A DNA stretch of 64,000 bases from positions 29,793 to 93,792 of the IMG/VR virus record IMGVR_UViG_3300012983_000032; one strand, 5' to 3'. Position numbers and translations under genes: made by a program. This document shows positions 46,743 through 56,164 of the stretch, one piece after another. Each line of letters begins with the position of its first letter. Position 1 is the first letter of the stretch. The stretch is from a virus (lineage: Duplodnaviria; Heunggongvirae; Uroviricota; Caudoviricetes). The notes below the pieces were generated by a model. It did not search any database and was not told the DNA's origin. It saw nothing but the letters and a program-made list of their open reading frames with translations.

Positions 46743-48533
46743 ATGATAAAATTTGATAGAGACGAGGTAGCATATTTTATAGACGAATGGGTAAAAGAAA
46801 ATCTATCTGAATCTTTTATTTTCAGACCTTTTCAAAAAGAGGCCATTATTTCGTTAATAGAAAATATACTTACGGGTAAAAAAGTACAAGTTATTGAGGC
46901 ACCCACAGGTAGTGGTAAATCATATATTGCTATCATTGCAGCAGGTGTTTTGTATCAACATTTTAGAAAAACCTCATATATTCTAGTTTCAGACGTTACA
47001 CTTTTTAATCAGTATGAAAAGGATTTAAATAATTTTAATCTTAGATGGGGTTGTATTTGTGGTAAAGATAATTACCTTTGCTCTCAAAATGGAGAGTGTT
47101 TTAGTAATGGTAAATGTCAAATAAATAATATTTCCGTTCAAAAATTATCTGACCCTATTACTGCAAAGGAAGAAGGATATTTTTGTGCAACTTCTTGTAA
47201 ATATATAAAAGAACATAAACGTGCTATGGCGGCACCAATAACCGTAATGACATATCAATTGTGGTTTATTAGTATGTGTCTTATGAAGGACACTGACGGT
47301 GTAGCTTTTCCTAAAAAAGATATAGTTATTTGTGACGAGGCACATAAATTGGCAGATATAGTACAATCACAATTTTCACCTAGAATAAGTATGGGTGAGA
47401 TGGAGTATCTATCTGTTATTGATAATTTTATGGAAACTCATGGTGACGAATTCAAAGACCCTAGTATAAACCCAGGATTTCAAAAGTTCAATCAGACATA
47501 TGAAATTATGAAATTGGTTTACAATAAAAACTACTCTGATATAAATGAAAAACGTAGAGACCTTAAAATGTTATTTGATAGGTTCTATAATTTATTTAAT
47601 AAATTATCAGGTCTTTATGAAGAATTAACAGATATCGTTAAAGAGGCACCTCACTCACAACCATATTATAAAGTATTAAAGGCTTTTAGGGCTATGATTA
47701 ACGACCTATGTAAAATGACATTATATAAGAGGATTATAGAGCAAAAAGGAATATCTAATTTTATTCCAAGTCTTACAAATGATGAAGTTGTAGAGTTTAA
47801 CTGTGCGTGTGAGGCAGAATTAATAAAAGAGACTTTCCATAAAGAAGCAAATCAAGAAATCTTAATGTCTGCCACAATTGGTGACGCTGATATTTATATT
47901 GACTTAATAGGTGCAACAGATTTTAGTAAATATGCTATGGAAGTTCCGTCTATATTTGATTTCACCAAATCTCCTATATACTTTGGTTCAAAGTATAAAA
48001 TGTCGTATACTGAAAAGGCAAATTCATTACCACACGTTTTAGAGGAAATAAAGAAAATCCTTAACAAACATAAATCTGAACGTGGTATTATTCATTCTGG
48101 CACTTATGAAATATCAAAGGCAATTTTTGACTCTTTACCACCTGACTTAAAGACAAGAATTATTTTTTATAATAATGCAAAAGGTAGGTCTGAGGCAATT
48201 GCCCTTTATAAGAAGTTTAATAATAAAATACTTATGGGTCCGTCAATTCTTGAAGGATTAGATTTCGAGGGAGACCTTTGTAGATTTATAATTATTGCCA
48301 AATTGCCTTATGCAAGTTTAAGTAATAATCTTGTTCAGGCTAAAATGGAATTATACCCAAATTGGTATCAGTATGACTGTGTAAATAAAATTACTCAGGG
48401 TATTGGTAGAGGTGTAAGAAGTGAAACAGACTACTGTTCTACATATATTGTAGACGGATGTTTTTCTGATTTGGTAAGAAGAAGTGGTAATCTTTTTAGT
48501 AAAAATATTAGTTCAAGATTTAGAAGACTATAA
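46743..48533 (+). CDS. XPD/DinG(Rad3)-like SF2 helicase with an Fe-S cluster domain
   Basis: Walker A EAPTGSGKS, DEAH box VICDEAHKLAD, and a four-Cys insert CGKDNYLC...C...C. The track start at 46704 is TTG; the ATG at 46743 is preferred. Confidence 0.65.
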   Translation: MIKFDRDEVAYFIDEWVKENLSESFIFRPFQKEAIISLIENILTGKKVQVIEAPTGSGKSYIAIIAAGVLYQHFRKTSYILVSDVTLFNQYEKDLNNFNLRWGCICGKDNYLCSQNGECFSNGKCQINNISVQKLSDPITAKEEGYFCATSCKYIKEHKRAMAAPITVMTYQLWFISMCLMKDTDGVAFPKKDIVICDEAHKLADIVQSQFSPRISMGEMEYLSVIDNFMETHGDEFKDPSINPGFQKFNQTYEIMKLVYNKNYSDINEKRRDLKMLFDRFYNLFNKLSGLYEELTDIVKEAPHSQPYYKVLKAFRAMINDLCKMTLYKRIIEQKGISNFIPSLTNDEVVEFNCACEAELIKETFHKEANQEILMSATIGDADIYIDLIGATDFSKYAMEVPSIFDFTKSPIYFGSKYKMSYTEKANSLPHVLEEIKKILNKHKSERGIIHSGTYEISKAIFDSLPPDLKTRIIFYNNAKGRSEAIALYKKFNNKILMGPSILEGLDFEGDLCRFIIIAKLPYASLSNNLVQAKMELYPNWYQYDCVNKITQGIGRGVRSETDYCSTYIVDGCFSDLVRRSGNLFSKNISSRFRRL

Positions 48534-48537
48534 TGTA

Positions 48538-48564
48538 AATTAGGCAATCAGTGATTGCCTAATT
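48538..48564. terminator. Bidirectional terminator between convergent genes
   Basis: Near-perfect palindrome aattaggcaatcagtgattgcctaatt. Confidence 0.55.
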
Positions 48565-48568
48565 CTTA

Positions 48569-49327
48569 TTAGATAACTGCCACAGGTCTTTCAATAACGT
48601 GTGCCCATTTAACACTAGAAGAATTAAGTGGTTTTATATTTTTAACCACATAATCCCAAGGCAAGAAAATATCATTTCCTGGACCTTGCCAGTCATTAAG
48701 GGTATTTCCATATGGGTCGTCTATTTTAATTTTTGCAATTTTAATATCATTAGGTATTACACCTTTTAATTTTACAGAGTTTGCAGCTTCAATGTAATCT
48801 TTTTCTTCCATAGCAAATCCTGTACAAACTACAATATGGTTTAGTCTTACATTATTTGACTTTGGAAAACTCCCTGATATAACAAAAGGAAGTGAGTCTA
48901 AAACAAAGTTTTTCCAACATAATGCAGGAAAATTGGCACGTTCAATAAACCTTGTAGCATTAGGAACTTTAACCCATAAATTAAAAGCATAACTTAATAT
49001 TGAATGGATTTCATTTGGAGTATAACACCCTCTTTTACCTGCCTTGTAGTCTTCATACATTGTTGGATAATTTATTTTGTAATATTCATCTACTTCTTTA
49101 GAATTCATAATGAAATCTGCAAAATTATCTTCTGGTTGAGTATATTTACCTACAGGTAATTTCCATCCTGCATAGTCTGCAAACATAACATAACTTGTAA
49201 CATTACACATTGTAGAGTTTTTTACTTCTGCAAAGTTTTTTTTCCATACAAACTGATTATTTCTTTGTGAATAATTTTCTTTATTACCGTCACAGTCAAA
49301 ATAAATAATTCCGTCTTTCTTATACAT
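48569..49327 (-). CDS. Hypothetical protein
   Basis: ORF flanked by terminator hairpin 48538-48564. Confidence 0.3.
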   Translation of the reverse strand: MYKKDGIIYFDCDGNKENYSQRNNQFVWKKNFAEVKNSTMCNVTSYVMFADYAGWKLPVGKYTQPEDNFADFIMNSKEVDEYYKINYPTMYEDYKAGKRGCYTPNEIHSILSYAFNLWVKVPNATRFIERANFPALCWKNFVLDSLPFVISGSFPKSNNVRLNHIVVCTGFAMEEKDYIEAANSVKLKGVIPNDIKIAKIKIDDPYGNTLNDWQGPGNDIFLPWDYVVKNIKPLNSSSVKWAHVIERPVAVI

Positions 49328-49458
49328 ATAGATATCTCCTTATACATTAATTAGCTTATAATCTCTATTTTTGAAAATATACACCTATCATAATACCCTT
49401 TACTAATTTAAATATACTAAGGAGTCTAATTAAAAAACGTAAAGGGGGATTTTATAAG

Positions 49459-49689
49459 TTGTTTAATAAGACTTGCGAGACCAGAAAATCTGATACTGCA
49501 GAAGTTGTAAATCAACTTTTTGACCTTTGTATGAAAATGCAAAGAAAATCAGAACCGGAACAAGCTATGCAATTCGCAGAACTTGTAGAAAACCTTTCCA
49601 GTTTAGTTGATAAGCTAGGTCAGGCAGATATTGAACAAATGGTATTTGACTTGAAAGAACTTATCAATAACTCTTTAAGGGAAGATTAA
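49459..49689 (+). CDS. Hypothetical small protein with a TTG start
   Basis: RBS AAAGGGGGAT. Followed by a strong terminator. Confidence 0.3.
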   Translation: MFNKTCETRKSDTAEVVNQLFDLCMKMQRKSEPEQAMQFAELVENLSSLVDKLGQADIEQMVFDLKELINNSLRED

Positions 49690-49710
49690 AATCCATAGTC
49701 TTACCTAATT

Positions 49711-49745
49711 CCCACACCAAAAGGTGTGGGTTTTTTATTTTTTTT
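49711..49745 (+). terminator. Rho-independent terminator
   Basis: cccacaccaaaaggtgtggg then TTTTTTATTTTTTTT. Confidence 0.8.
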
Positions 49746-49754
49746 GTTAATATA
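49746..49754 (+). promoter_or_regulatory. TTGTTAATATA promoter right after terminator 49711-49745. 97-nt 5' UTR with a 9-bp hairpin (atcttacat/atgtaagat) at about 49785-49808.
   Basis: motif. Confidence 0.5.
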
Positions 49755-49851
49755 TCTGTATAACAGAGGCTATTTATAGAAAAATCTTACATCTTTAATG
49801 TAAGATAACATTCAAGACAGATTTGGAAAAATAATTGGAGGAATTAAAAAT

Positions 49852-50223
49852 ATGTTTCCTACTGACTTTGACTTGAGGGGGTTAAGTTCACCTATTAAGG
49901 TAACTCCTCGTGAAAAAGATTGGGTTGCTGCACCAGACCATTATGCACAATTAAAAGAAAAACTTGGGGGTAAGGAGTGTTGGGACGTATATACACTTCT
50001 TTTGAGACATAAACCAAGAATCCCAGGATTTCTTGCAACATTTTGGCAAAACTGTTTCAAGTACCTTTGGCGTCTTGGAGACAAACCAGGTGACTACGGT
50101 AAAACTGACGAAGAAAAGATGTGTGAAGACATGTGTAAAGTAATGGAATATGCTGCAAAATTTATTATTGAGGCTGGTGGTAAAATTCCTGACTTCTCAC
50201 ATATTCAATACACAGGAGAATAA
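49852..50223 (+). CDS. Hypothetical protein
   Basis: RBS TTGGAGG. 97-nt 5' UTR containing a hairpin. Confidence 0.35.
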   Translation: MFPTDFDLRGLSSPIKVTPREKDWVAAPDHYAQLKEKLGGKECWDVYTLLLRHKPRIPGFLATFWQNCFKYLWRLGDKPGDYGKTDEEKMCEDMCKVMEYAAKFIIEAGGKIPDFSHIQYTGE

Positions 50224-50224
50224 T

Positions 50225-51532
50225 ATGGGGAAACATCCTTTTTTACCATTATATAACTTTATAAAAAAACATCCATTTACTTGGAAAAAGAAACTCAAGG
50301 AAAATCCATATTGTATTACAATTAAGAGTCCAAATTATAACAAAGATTGGTATATGTTCTCATATAGTCAGTTCGACTCGGACTTTTATAATGACGTAGT
50401 AAAATGCTGTCGTGGGACAGTTTTGGAAGTTAAAGGAAAACTTTTCAAACGTATCAAACCAATTTGTTTACCATTCAAAAAGTTTGGTAATTACGGTGAA
50501 GGGTATTGTGACCCTATTGACATAGAAAGTGCTACTATTCGTGATAAAGTTGACGGCATTCTTGTAAAGTGTTCTGTAATTGACGGAAAAACATATTGGT
50601 TTACAAATAACGGTTTTGACTGGACTATGAAGTTTGGTACAGATTTTTCTTTTGATGACGGTGAAGAAGCAACTAAACTTGCTGAAAACTTTGGTGATTT
50701 ATTAGAATATGCGTTATACCGTAAACTGGATATCCCAAGATTTACAGTTGTCGGTAAGTATAAAGATATTACCAAATCACTTAACCGTATTTACAATATG
50801 GAAAATTCTTGGTTATCTAAAATCCCAAATAACTATACTCTTGGCTTTGAGTTAGTTTCACCTAGAAATAGAATCATTTGCAAATATCCTGAAACAAAAA
50901 TTGTTTTATTGTTTGCAAGAGATAATATTACAGGTCAGGAATTTACACCAGAAGAAATGGTATCCCAATATGGTATCCCATATGAAACACCAAAATTATA
51001 TGACTGTAAAACACTTAAAGACACTCAGGAAATGTTAAAGTCTTTCAAAGGTCTTGAACAAGAAGGTGTAGTAGTTTGTGATAAATATTTTCATCGTGTA
51101 AAAATGAAGTGTGAGTCATACTTACAGTTAAAGTATGCTGTAGATAATGACAAACCTAAAATAATCTTTAAGGCAGTTGTAGAAGAGTCCACTGACGACT
51201 TACTTACTGCATTTCCTACTTTAAAAGACTCTGTAGATAAAATGACAGAAGATATAAAAAACTTTAAGGAATCCTACAAAAAGTTCTACGAGTTTTTGCA
51301 GCTTAAAGGTGTTGAGGACAAAAAGATATTTGCATTATATGTAAATGCAAATATAAATGACCCTTTAAAAAAGTTGGCTTTTAATGCAAGCAGTCAAACC
51401 GCAGAACAAATTGTGGATAAGTTCATTACGGAATGTGCAATGAAAAGTTCTAAGGGGTATAGAGAATATTTTAATGTTAAAGCATTATTAGATAATGGAG
51501 AATATTTACATAATAGAACAATAAAAAACTAA
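50225..51532 (+). CDS. ATP-dependent RNA ligase, Rnl1/Rnl2-like nucleotidyltransferase
   Basis: Motif I IRDKVDGILVK (KxDG), motif IV EQEGVVVCDK, motif V RVKMK. The ATG at 50225 has RBS AGGAG; the track start at 50150 is rejected. Confidence 0.55.
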   Translation: MGKHPFLPLYNFIKKHPFTWKKKLKENPYCITIKSPNYNKDWYMFSYSQFDSDFYNDVVKCCRGTVLEVKGKLFKRIKPICLPFKKFGNYGEGYCDPIDIESATIRDKVDGILVKCSVIDGKTYWFTNNGFDWTMKFGTDFSFDDGEEATKLAENFGDLLEYALYRKLDIPRFTVVGKYKDITKSLNRIYNMENSWLSKIPNNYTLGFELVSPRNRIICKYPETKIVLLFARDNITGQEFTPEEMVSQYGIPYETPKLYDCKTLKDTQEMLKSFKGLEQEGVVVCDKYFHRVKMKCESYLQLKYAVDNDKPKIIFKAVVEESTDDLLTAFPTLKDSVDKMTEDIKNFKESYKKFYEFLQLKGVEDKKIFALYVNANINDPLKKLAFNASSQTAEQIVDKFITECAMKSSKGYREYFNVKALLDNGEYLHNRTIKN

Positions 51533-51541
51533 TTGTATATT

Positions 51542-51823
51542 ATGATAAATGTTACACAATCTATCTCTGCCCTCTCTCAGATAGAGGGTTTATGCAATGT
51601 TTACGAAGTATTTAATGGTTTACATTCTGAGAGTTTTGTATTGAACTATAAAAACCTTAAATGTAATATTACTATAAAAAATAATGACATTATTACTTTT
51701 ACTATAATTGGAAATAATTGCAGTTTTAAAAGGAGCTGGTCATTGTTAAAACAAGAGAACGAAGAGGCATTTATAAATGACCTAAAGTTCTTCTTTGAAG
51801 ATACAGAAAGAAAAATCGCCTAA
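51542..51823 (+). CDS. Hypothetical protein
   Basis: ORF with a terminator downstream. Confidence 0.3.
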   Translation: MINVTQSISALSQIEGLCNVYEVFNGLHSESFVLNYKNLKCNITIKNNDIITFTIIGNNCSFKRSWSLLKQENEEAFINDLKFFFEDTERKIA

Positions 51824-51831
51824 ATCTAAAA

Positions 51832-51866
51832 CCTAGGAACTTATAGTCCTAGGTTTTTATTTTTAA
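51832..51866 (+). terminator. Rho-independent terminator
   Basis: cctaggaacttatagtcctagg then TTTTTATTTTT. Confidence 0.75.
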
Positions 51867-51893
51867 AAATAATCCTAAAAATTTTAATTCTCT

Positions 51894-51902
51894 GTTAATA
51901 TA
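51894..51902 (+). promoter_or_regulatory. CTGTTAATATA promoter, 32 nt before ATG 51934, after terminator 51832-51866
   Basis: motif. Confidence 0.5.
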
Positions 51903-51933
51903 ACTTTATATATCATATTAAGGAGAATATTAA

Positions 51934-52461
51934 ATGAAAAAACTAATTTTTATTTTTGCACTTATCTTTGGGCTTAATATTGTAATGGGGTGTGATGCAA
52001 ATTATGAACAATCTGCCTCAGTAAAAACTGCAGAAACAGCAAATAATGCTATGGAGTCAGCAATTGCTGCTACACCTATTCCTACCGTTACACATTTCTT
52101 GGAAAGAAAAACTATTGCCAAATGGGTAGAAACTTGGGACCAACCTAGTTTACCTTGTTATGTATATCTTTATTCATACGGTGTATGTATTGGATATTAC
52201 GTTTCTAATGGAAAACCTGCAAGTACTCAGTCTTATTTAATCCCAGAAGAATCATATCAGAGAGTAAGAAGTGCAGAGGGGTATTCAAGTACATTAATGA
52301 CACAAGCACCTGATTTAGACGGAACATACGGTACAAATAATCCTGGAATTCGTTTCTTTACTGCGTCAGGTGTAGCAGTTGAATGGGCAGGTGCAGGTGC
52401 AACATATCTTTATAGTAATGCACCTATTAAGACACTGAATGTACCTTTGCTAGGAGACTAA
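51934..52461 (+). CDS. Putative lipoprotein
   Basis: Signal peptide plus lipobox NIVMGC. Confidence 0.4.
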   Translation: MKKLIFIFALIFGLNIVMGCDANYEQSASVKTAETANNAMESAIAATPIPTVTHFLERKTIAKWVETWDQPSLPCYVYLYSYGVCIGYYVSNGKPASTQSYLIPEESYQRVRSAEGYSSTLMTQAPDLDGTYGTNNPGIRFFTASGVAVEWAGAGATYLYSNAPIKTLNVPLLGD

Positions 52462-52463
52462 AA

Positions 52464-53000
52464 ATGAGCCTTTTCAAAAAAATTTTTGATTTACCCCCAG
52501 AAGATGTAGAAGCCTTCATTATAAATCGAGTAAAGAATATGTGGGGAGAGTATGACGGTAGATATGATGACTACGATATAGAAATTAAATGGCTAGTACC
52601 CTGTAATGAGTTCTATGTACATCTTGAGCCTAAACTTCAGACAAAAGATTGGCAAGTTTATTCTTTTAAGAATAATAAAAATCTGTCTCTTAAAGACTAT
52701 TTTGACGAGACCTTTAAACATTGGCATTTTACCTTCCAAGAAATATATGGTCTTATGACAGGTGAGACAGTATTTATTGGGTATCTTAGTTGTGATGGGA
52801 TAGAAGACTTTGGAATGATGGAATATAATTTCATTTATGAAAAGGAATATATTACTGTTAAATACCATAAACCTACAGAGGCTTGGGTTATAGTAGATTG
52901 GGATGAAGAGAAAGAACGTTTTGCATTAGGGGACTTGCCGTCTAAATTGGTAAAGTTCATTAAGGAAGAAAAAGTTTTCGACTTAGATAAAGAGGGATAA
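52464..53000 (+). CDS. Hypothetical protein
   Basis: RBS AGGAGAC. Confidence 0.3.
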   Translation: MSLFKKIFDLPPEDVEAFIINRVKNMWGEYDGRYDDYDIEIKWLVPCNEFYVHLEPKLQTKDWQVYSFKNNKNLSLKDYFDETFKHWHFTFQEIYGLMTGETVFIGYLSCDGIEDFGMMEYNFIYEKEYITVKYHKPTEAWVIVDWDEEKERFALGDLPSKLVKFIKEEKVFDLDKEG

Positions 53001-53131
53001 ATGAGAATTAAATGGAAAAACTTTTGGATTTGGTTTATTGACCAAGTTAAAAGAAAACGTGCCTTTTATATATTGGCTAAAAAATGATAGTATAGTCATT
53101 AATGACTTCAAAAAACGATGGGAGATATAAA

Positions 53132-53287
53132 ATGGAACAATACCTATATTCTATTTTAGACGAATATGGCAACGTTACTGCAAAAGATATGACATTAGAC
53201 GTAGCAATGGTCTTATTAAGAGCCTTGTTTATGGAATATTTTAACGAGCCAACAATTGGGTATCAAATGGTAAGACAGGAAAAATGA
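53132..53287 (+). CDS. Hypothetical small protein
   Basis: ATG with RBS GGGAGA. Confidence 0.25.
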   Translation: MEQYLYSILDEYGNVTAKDMTLDVAMVLLRALFMEYFNEPTIGYQMVRQEK

Positions 53288-53308
53288 AAAAAGACTGAGG
53301 TAAAAAAT

Positions 53309-53650
53309 ATGACAGAAGAAAAAATAAAGGAACTTGAAGACTGTATTCCTAAAAAACATAAGCGAGTAGATTTTAGTAAAGAAAAGGGAGTCTTATATGA
53401 TTACCTTATAAATATTAAGGGTAAGTATGGGTTTGACATATCTGATAACAATTTTAATAATTGTTGTTGGGGTTCTAACTATGACACAGATAGATTATTA
53501 TTTAAGATACTTCATAGAATAAATTGTGAAGACGTTGATGTTTGTTATAATTACTACTCTGATATTTCAGACGTAGACTGGTTCAAAATTGTTTTGAAAA
53601 TACCTATTGAAGAATTAAGAAAAAGAAAGACTAAAAATGGTGAAGATTGA
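53309..53650 (+). CDS. Hypothetical protein
   Basis: RBS GAGG. Confidence 0.3.
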   Translation: MTEEKIKELEDCIPKKHKRVDFSKEKGVLYDYLINIKGKYGFDISDNNFNNCCWGSNYDTDRLLFKILHRINCEDVDVCYNYYSDISDVDWFKIVLKIPIEELRKRKTKNGED

Positions 53651-54065
53651 AATTTTATGTAATGTTTGTCAAAAAATTTTTAGAAAATCTAAAATATGCA
53701 AACCAAATAATATTGAACAAAGTTACTATAACTTAAAAGACACTACAATTAAAAATGATTGGGTATACGAAGAAAGTGAAGATAGTTACTATTGTCCAGA
53801 ATGTGCAGAATTTAGAAATCTCTATAAAGGTAAACGTGCATCCATGAATAAAGAAAATAATCCAGACTGGCATTATACGGAGTCAGGGGACTTGCCACCA
53901 ATAGTTAGAAATGGAATAACTGATACTGTAATAGACCAAAATGGGCAAGAAGTATTCTATAGCCAAAACTGTGGATGGTTAAAAGATGATGAGATGGTAG
54001 TAGTTAAAGTCTATAAATGGAAATATAAATGTATGGTAAATTATGTTGGAAATAGGAGGAAATAA
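53637..54065 (+). CDS. Zinc-ribbon protein
   Basis: CNVCQK ... CPECAEF. Confidence 0.3.
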   Translation: MVKIEILCNVCQKIFRKSKICKPNNIEQSYYNLKDTTIKNDWVYEESEDSYYCPECAEFRNLYKGKRASMNKENNPDWHYTESGDLPPIVRNGITDTVIDQNGQEVFYSQNCGWLKDDEMVVVKVYKWKYKCMVNYVGNRRK

Positions 54066-54067
54066 AT

Positions 54068-54847
54068 ATGTTTGCAGATAATCTTGGTGACAGAATGAAA
54101 ATGCACTATGAAAATCTTACAAAGACTAAACTTATTCAGGAAGTACCAGTAATTATAAGACTTGACGGTAAAGCATTTCATACCTTTACACGTAAATTTG
54201 AAAAGCCTTTTGACAGTATTCTTGTAAAGACAATGCAGGAAACTACAAAATACTTGTGTGAAAATATTCAGAACTGTATCTTTGGGTATACTCAATCTGA
54301 CGAAATTTCTTTGGTCTTGACTAAACCTCTTATTAGTTCGGAAGTTTGGTTTGACTATGAAGTACAGAAACTTTGCAGTGTTTCTGCGTCTATGGCTACT
54401 TTGGCATTTATGCAGAACTTTAAAAAGAATATTAACGAAAGATACGTTGTAGACCCTCTTTCAGATGTTTACCGTACTGCATTAGATAAAGGGGCAATGT
54501 TTGACGCAAGATGTTTTAATATCCCAGAGTGTGAAGTTGTAAACTGTATTTATTGGAGACAGATTGACGCAAAACGTAATTCGGTACAAATGTTGGCAAG
54601 GTCTCTTTACTCTCATAAAGAGCTTGACAAAAAGAATACTGCTATGTTACTCGAAATGTGTAATCAAAAAGGTAAAGATTGGGAGAAACTTTCTAATCAC
54701 CTTAAATGGGGTTCTGCAGTAAAATACAACCTAGAAACTCATAAAGTTGAAATTGATGAAAATATGCCACTTCTTAAAGGAGAAGACAGAAAGTATCTTG
54801 AAGACTTTATTGTAATGAACCAAGACCCTTCACCACATTTCCACTAA
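54068..54847 (+). CDS. Thg1-like protein (tRNA-His guanylyltransferase family, 3'-5' nucleotidyl addition)
   Basis: VIIRLDGKAFHTFTRKF (RxDGxxFHxF) and FGYTQSDEISLVL (SDE catalytic motif). 259 aa, typical TLP size. Confidence 0.7.
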   Translation: MFADNLGDRMKMHYENLTKTKLIQEVPVIIRLDGKAFHTFTRKFEKPFDSILVKTMQETTKYLCENIQNCIFGYTQSDEISLVLTKPLISSEVWFDYEVQKLCSVSASMATLAFMQNFKKNINERYVVDPLSDVYRTALDKGAMFDARCFNIPECEVVNCIYWRQIDAKRNSVQMLARSLYSHKELDKKNTAMLLEMCNQKGKDWEKLSNHLKWGSAVKYNLETHKVEIDENMPLLKGEDRKYLEDFIVMNQDPSPHFH

Positions 54848-54867
54848 TTTTTTAAGGAGATATTAGT

Positions 54868-55086
54868 ATGGCAAAGAAAACTGCAAAAGAAGTTGTTTCC
54901 GAAGTTACACAAAAGATTAACGAGTCTGCAAAGGAAACAAAAGCAGAAAACGGTGAGGAACTTTCTAAAGAAAGTAAAGAAGCCGCAACTGCAACTAAAA
55001 ACTTCTTCAAAGAAGTTGGAGAATGGTTTGTAGCACTTTTCAAATATATTGGAAAGTTCTTCAAAAAACTTTTCACTAAAAAGTAA
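54868..55086 (+). CDS. Small Lys-rich protein with a C-terminal amphipathic helix
   Basis: WFVALFKYIGKFFKKLFTKK. RBS AAGGAGA. Confidence 0.3.
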   Translation: MAKKTAKEVVSEVTQKINESAKETKAENGEELSKESKEAATATKNFFKEVGEWFVALFKYIGKFFKKLFTKK

Positions 55087-55134
55087 TTATATGGCAGTCT
55101 AAAAAGACTGCCAAAATTATTGGAGGTATTCTAA

Positions 55135-55647
55135 ATGAAATTTATATTTAGTGTAGGATGTTCTGGAAGTGGAAAATCTACATATTATTATAAAAACCTT
55201 AAAGACACATTTGAAATTGTAGAACCTGACTTAATCCGAAAAGAAATGGGTGATATCAATGACCAATCAAGAAATGGTGAAGTATATATGACTGCACACA
55301 AACGTCTTGACAAATATCTTAGTGAGGGTAAAAACGTTTATTTTTCAGCAACAAATCTTAACATTAAATCAATTAAAGATATAGGAGACATTGCAAAAAA
55401 ATATACAGACGATATTACTTGTATACAATTTAATGACTCATATGTATGGGAACTCTGTCAAGATAGAGTTAAAAAAGACCTGAGTAATGGAGTAGATAGG
55501 TCAAATACTGATGTTATGAAAGAACTTCCAACAGGTGAAAAAATACCTCTTGTTAAAGAGATGTCTGATAGATTTACCAAATTGGTTAACAGCCAAGAGT
55601 TTTCCGACCTTATTGAAGAGCAGGGTATTAAATTAATGGAGGTATAA
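55135..55647 (+). CDS. Polynucleotide 5'-kinase, T4 Pnk kinase-domain-like, with no phosphatase domain
   Basis: VGCSGSGKST P-loop, EPDLIRKEM, SATNLN; compare T4 Pnk GCPGSGKST and SDTNLN. Confidence 0.65.
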   Translation: MKFIFSVGCSGSGKSTYYYKNLKDTFEIVEPDLIRKEMGDINDQSRNGEVYMTAHKRLDKYLSEGKNVYFSATNLNIKSIKDIGDIAKKYTDDITCIQFNDSYVWELCQDRVKKDLSNGVDRSNTDVMKELPTGEKIPLVKEMSDRFTKLVNSQEFSDLIEEQGIKLMEV

Positions 55648-55649
55648 AA

Positions 55650-56102
55650 ATGAAGTCTGTTTTTAAGAATATTATAATTTTCTGCATAGGATTTACAATA
55701 TACCAAAGTATTGAGGGTATATTCAAAATGGTTGTACCTAATATGGGTGCAGAAAGTTTTTTAATGGGAATAATTGGTGGTTTAGCACTTCTTCTTATAG
55801 GAGGGATAAATAATAAACTTTCCTGGAATATGCCTATTTGGTTACAGTCTATTATTGGTGGAGTATGTATATTAGGAACAGAATTTATAATGGGTCTTAT
55901 CCTTAATAAATGGCTCTGTCCTTTACTTAATAAACCTTTAATTTGGGACTACTCAAACTTTCCTGGGAATATTATGGGGCAAATATGTCCTCAATTCTTT
56001 ATAGCTTGGATACTATTAGGTGCCACCTGTATTGTAATTGACGACTATTTAAGATACTTTTTATTTAACGAAGAAAAACCACATTATTGCTGGAAATTCT
56101 AA
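55650..56102 (+). CDS. Integral membrane protein, about four TM helices
   Basis: Hydrophobic segments IIIFCIGFTIY, LMGIIGGLALLLIGGI, IIGGVCILGTEFIMGLIL, ILLGATCIVI. Confidence 0.4.
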   Translation: MKSVFKNIIIFCIGFTIYQSIEGIFKMVVPNMGAESFLMGIIGGLALLLIGGINNKLSWNMPIWLQSIIGGVCILGTEFIMGLILNKWLCPLLNKPLIWDYSNFPGNIMGQICPQFFIAWILLGATCIVIDDYLRYFLFNEEKPHYCWKF

Positions 56103-56117
56103 AAATCTTATTTTTAC

Positions 56118-56126
56118 GTTAATATA
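56118..56126 (+). promoter_or_regulatory. ACGTTAATATA promoter, 39 nt before the C5-MTase ATG
   Basis: motif. Confidence 0.5.
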
Positions 56127-56164
56127 TTAAATACATTATAAATTATTTGATAGGTGATAGAATT

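Noticed and set aside
50150-50224. Longer N-terminal extension of the RNA ligase ORF (track start 50150)
   Set aside because: The extension overlaps the preceding gene in another frame. A canonical AGGAG RBS precedes the ATG at 50225.
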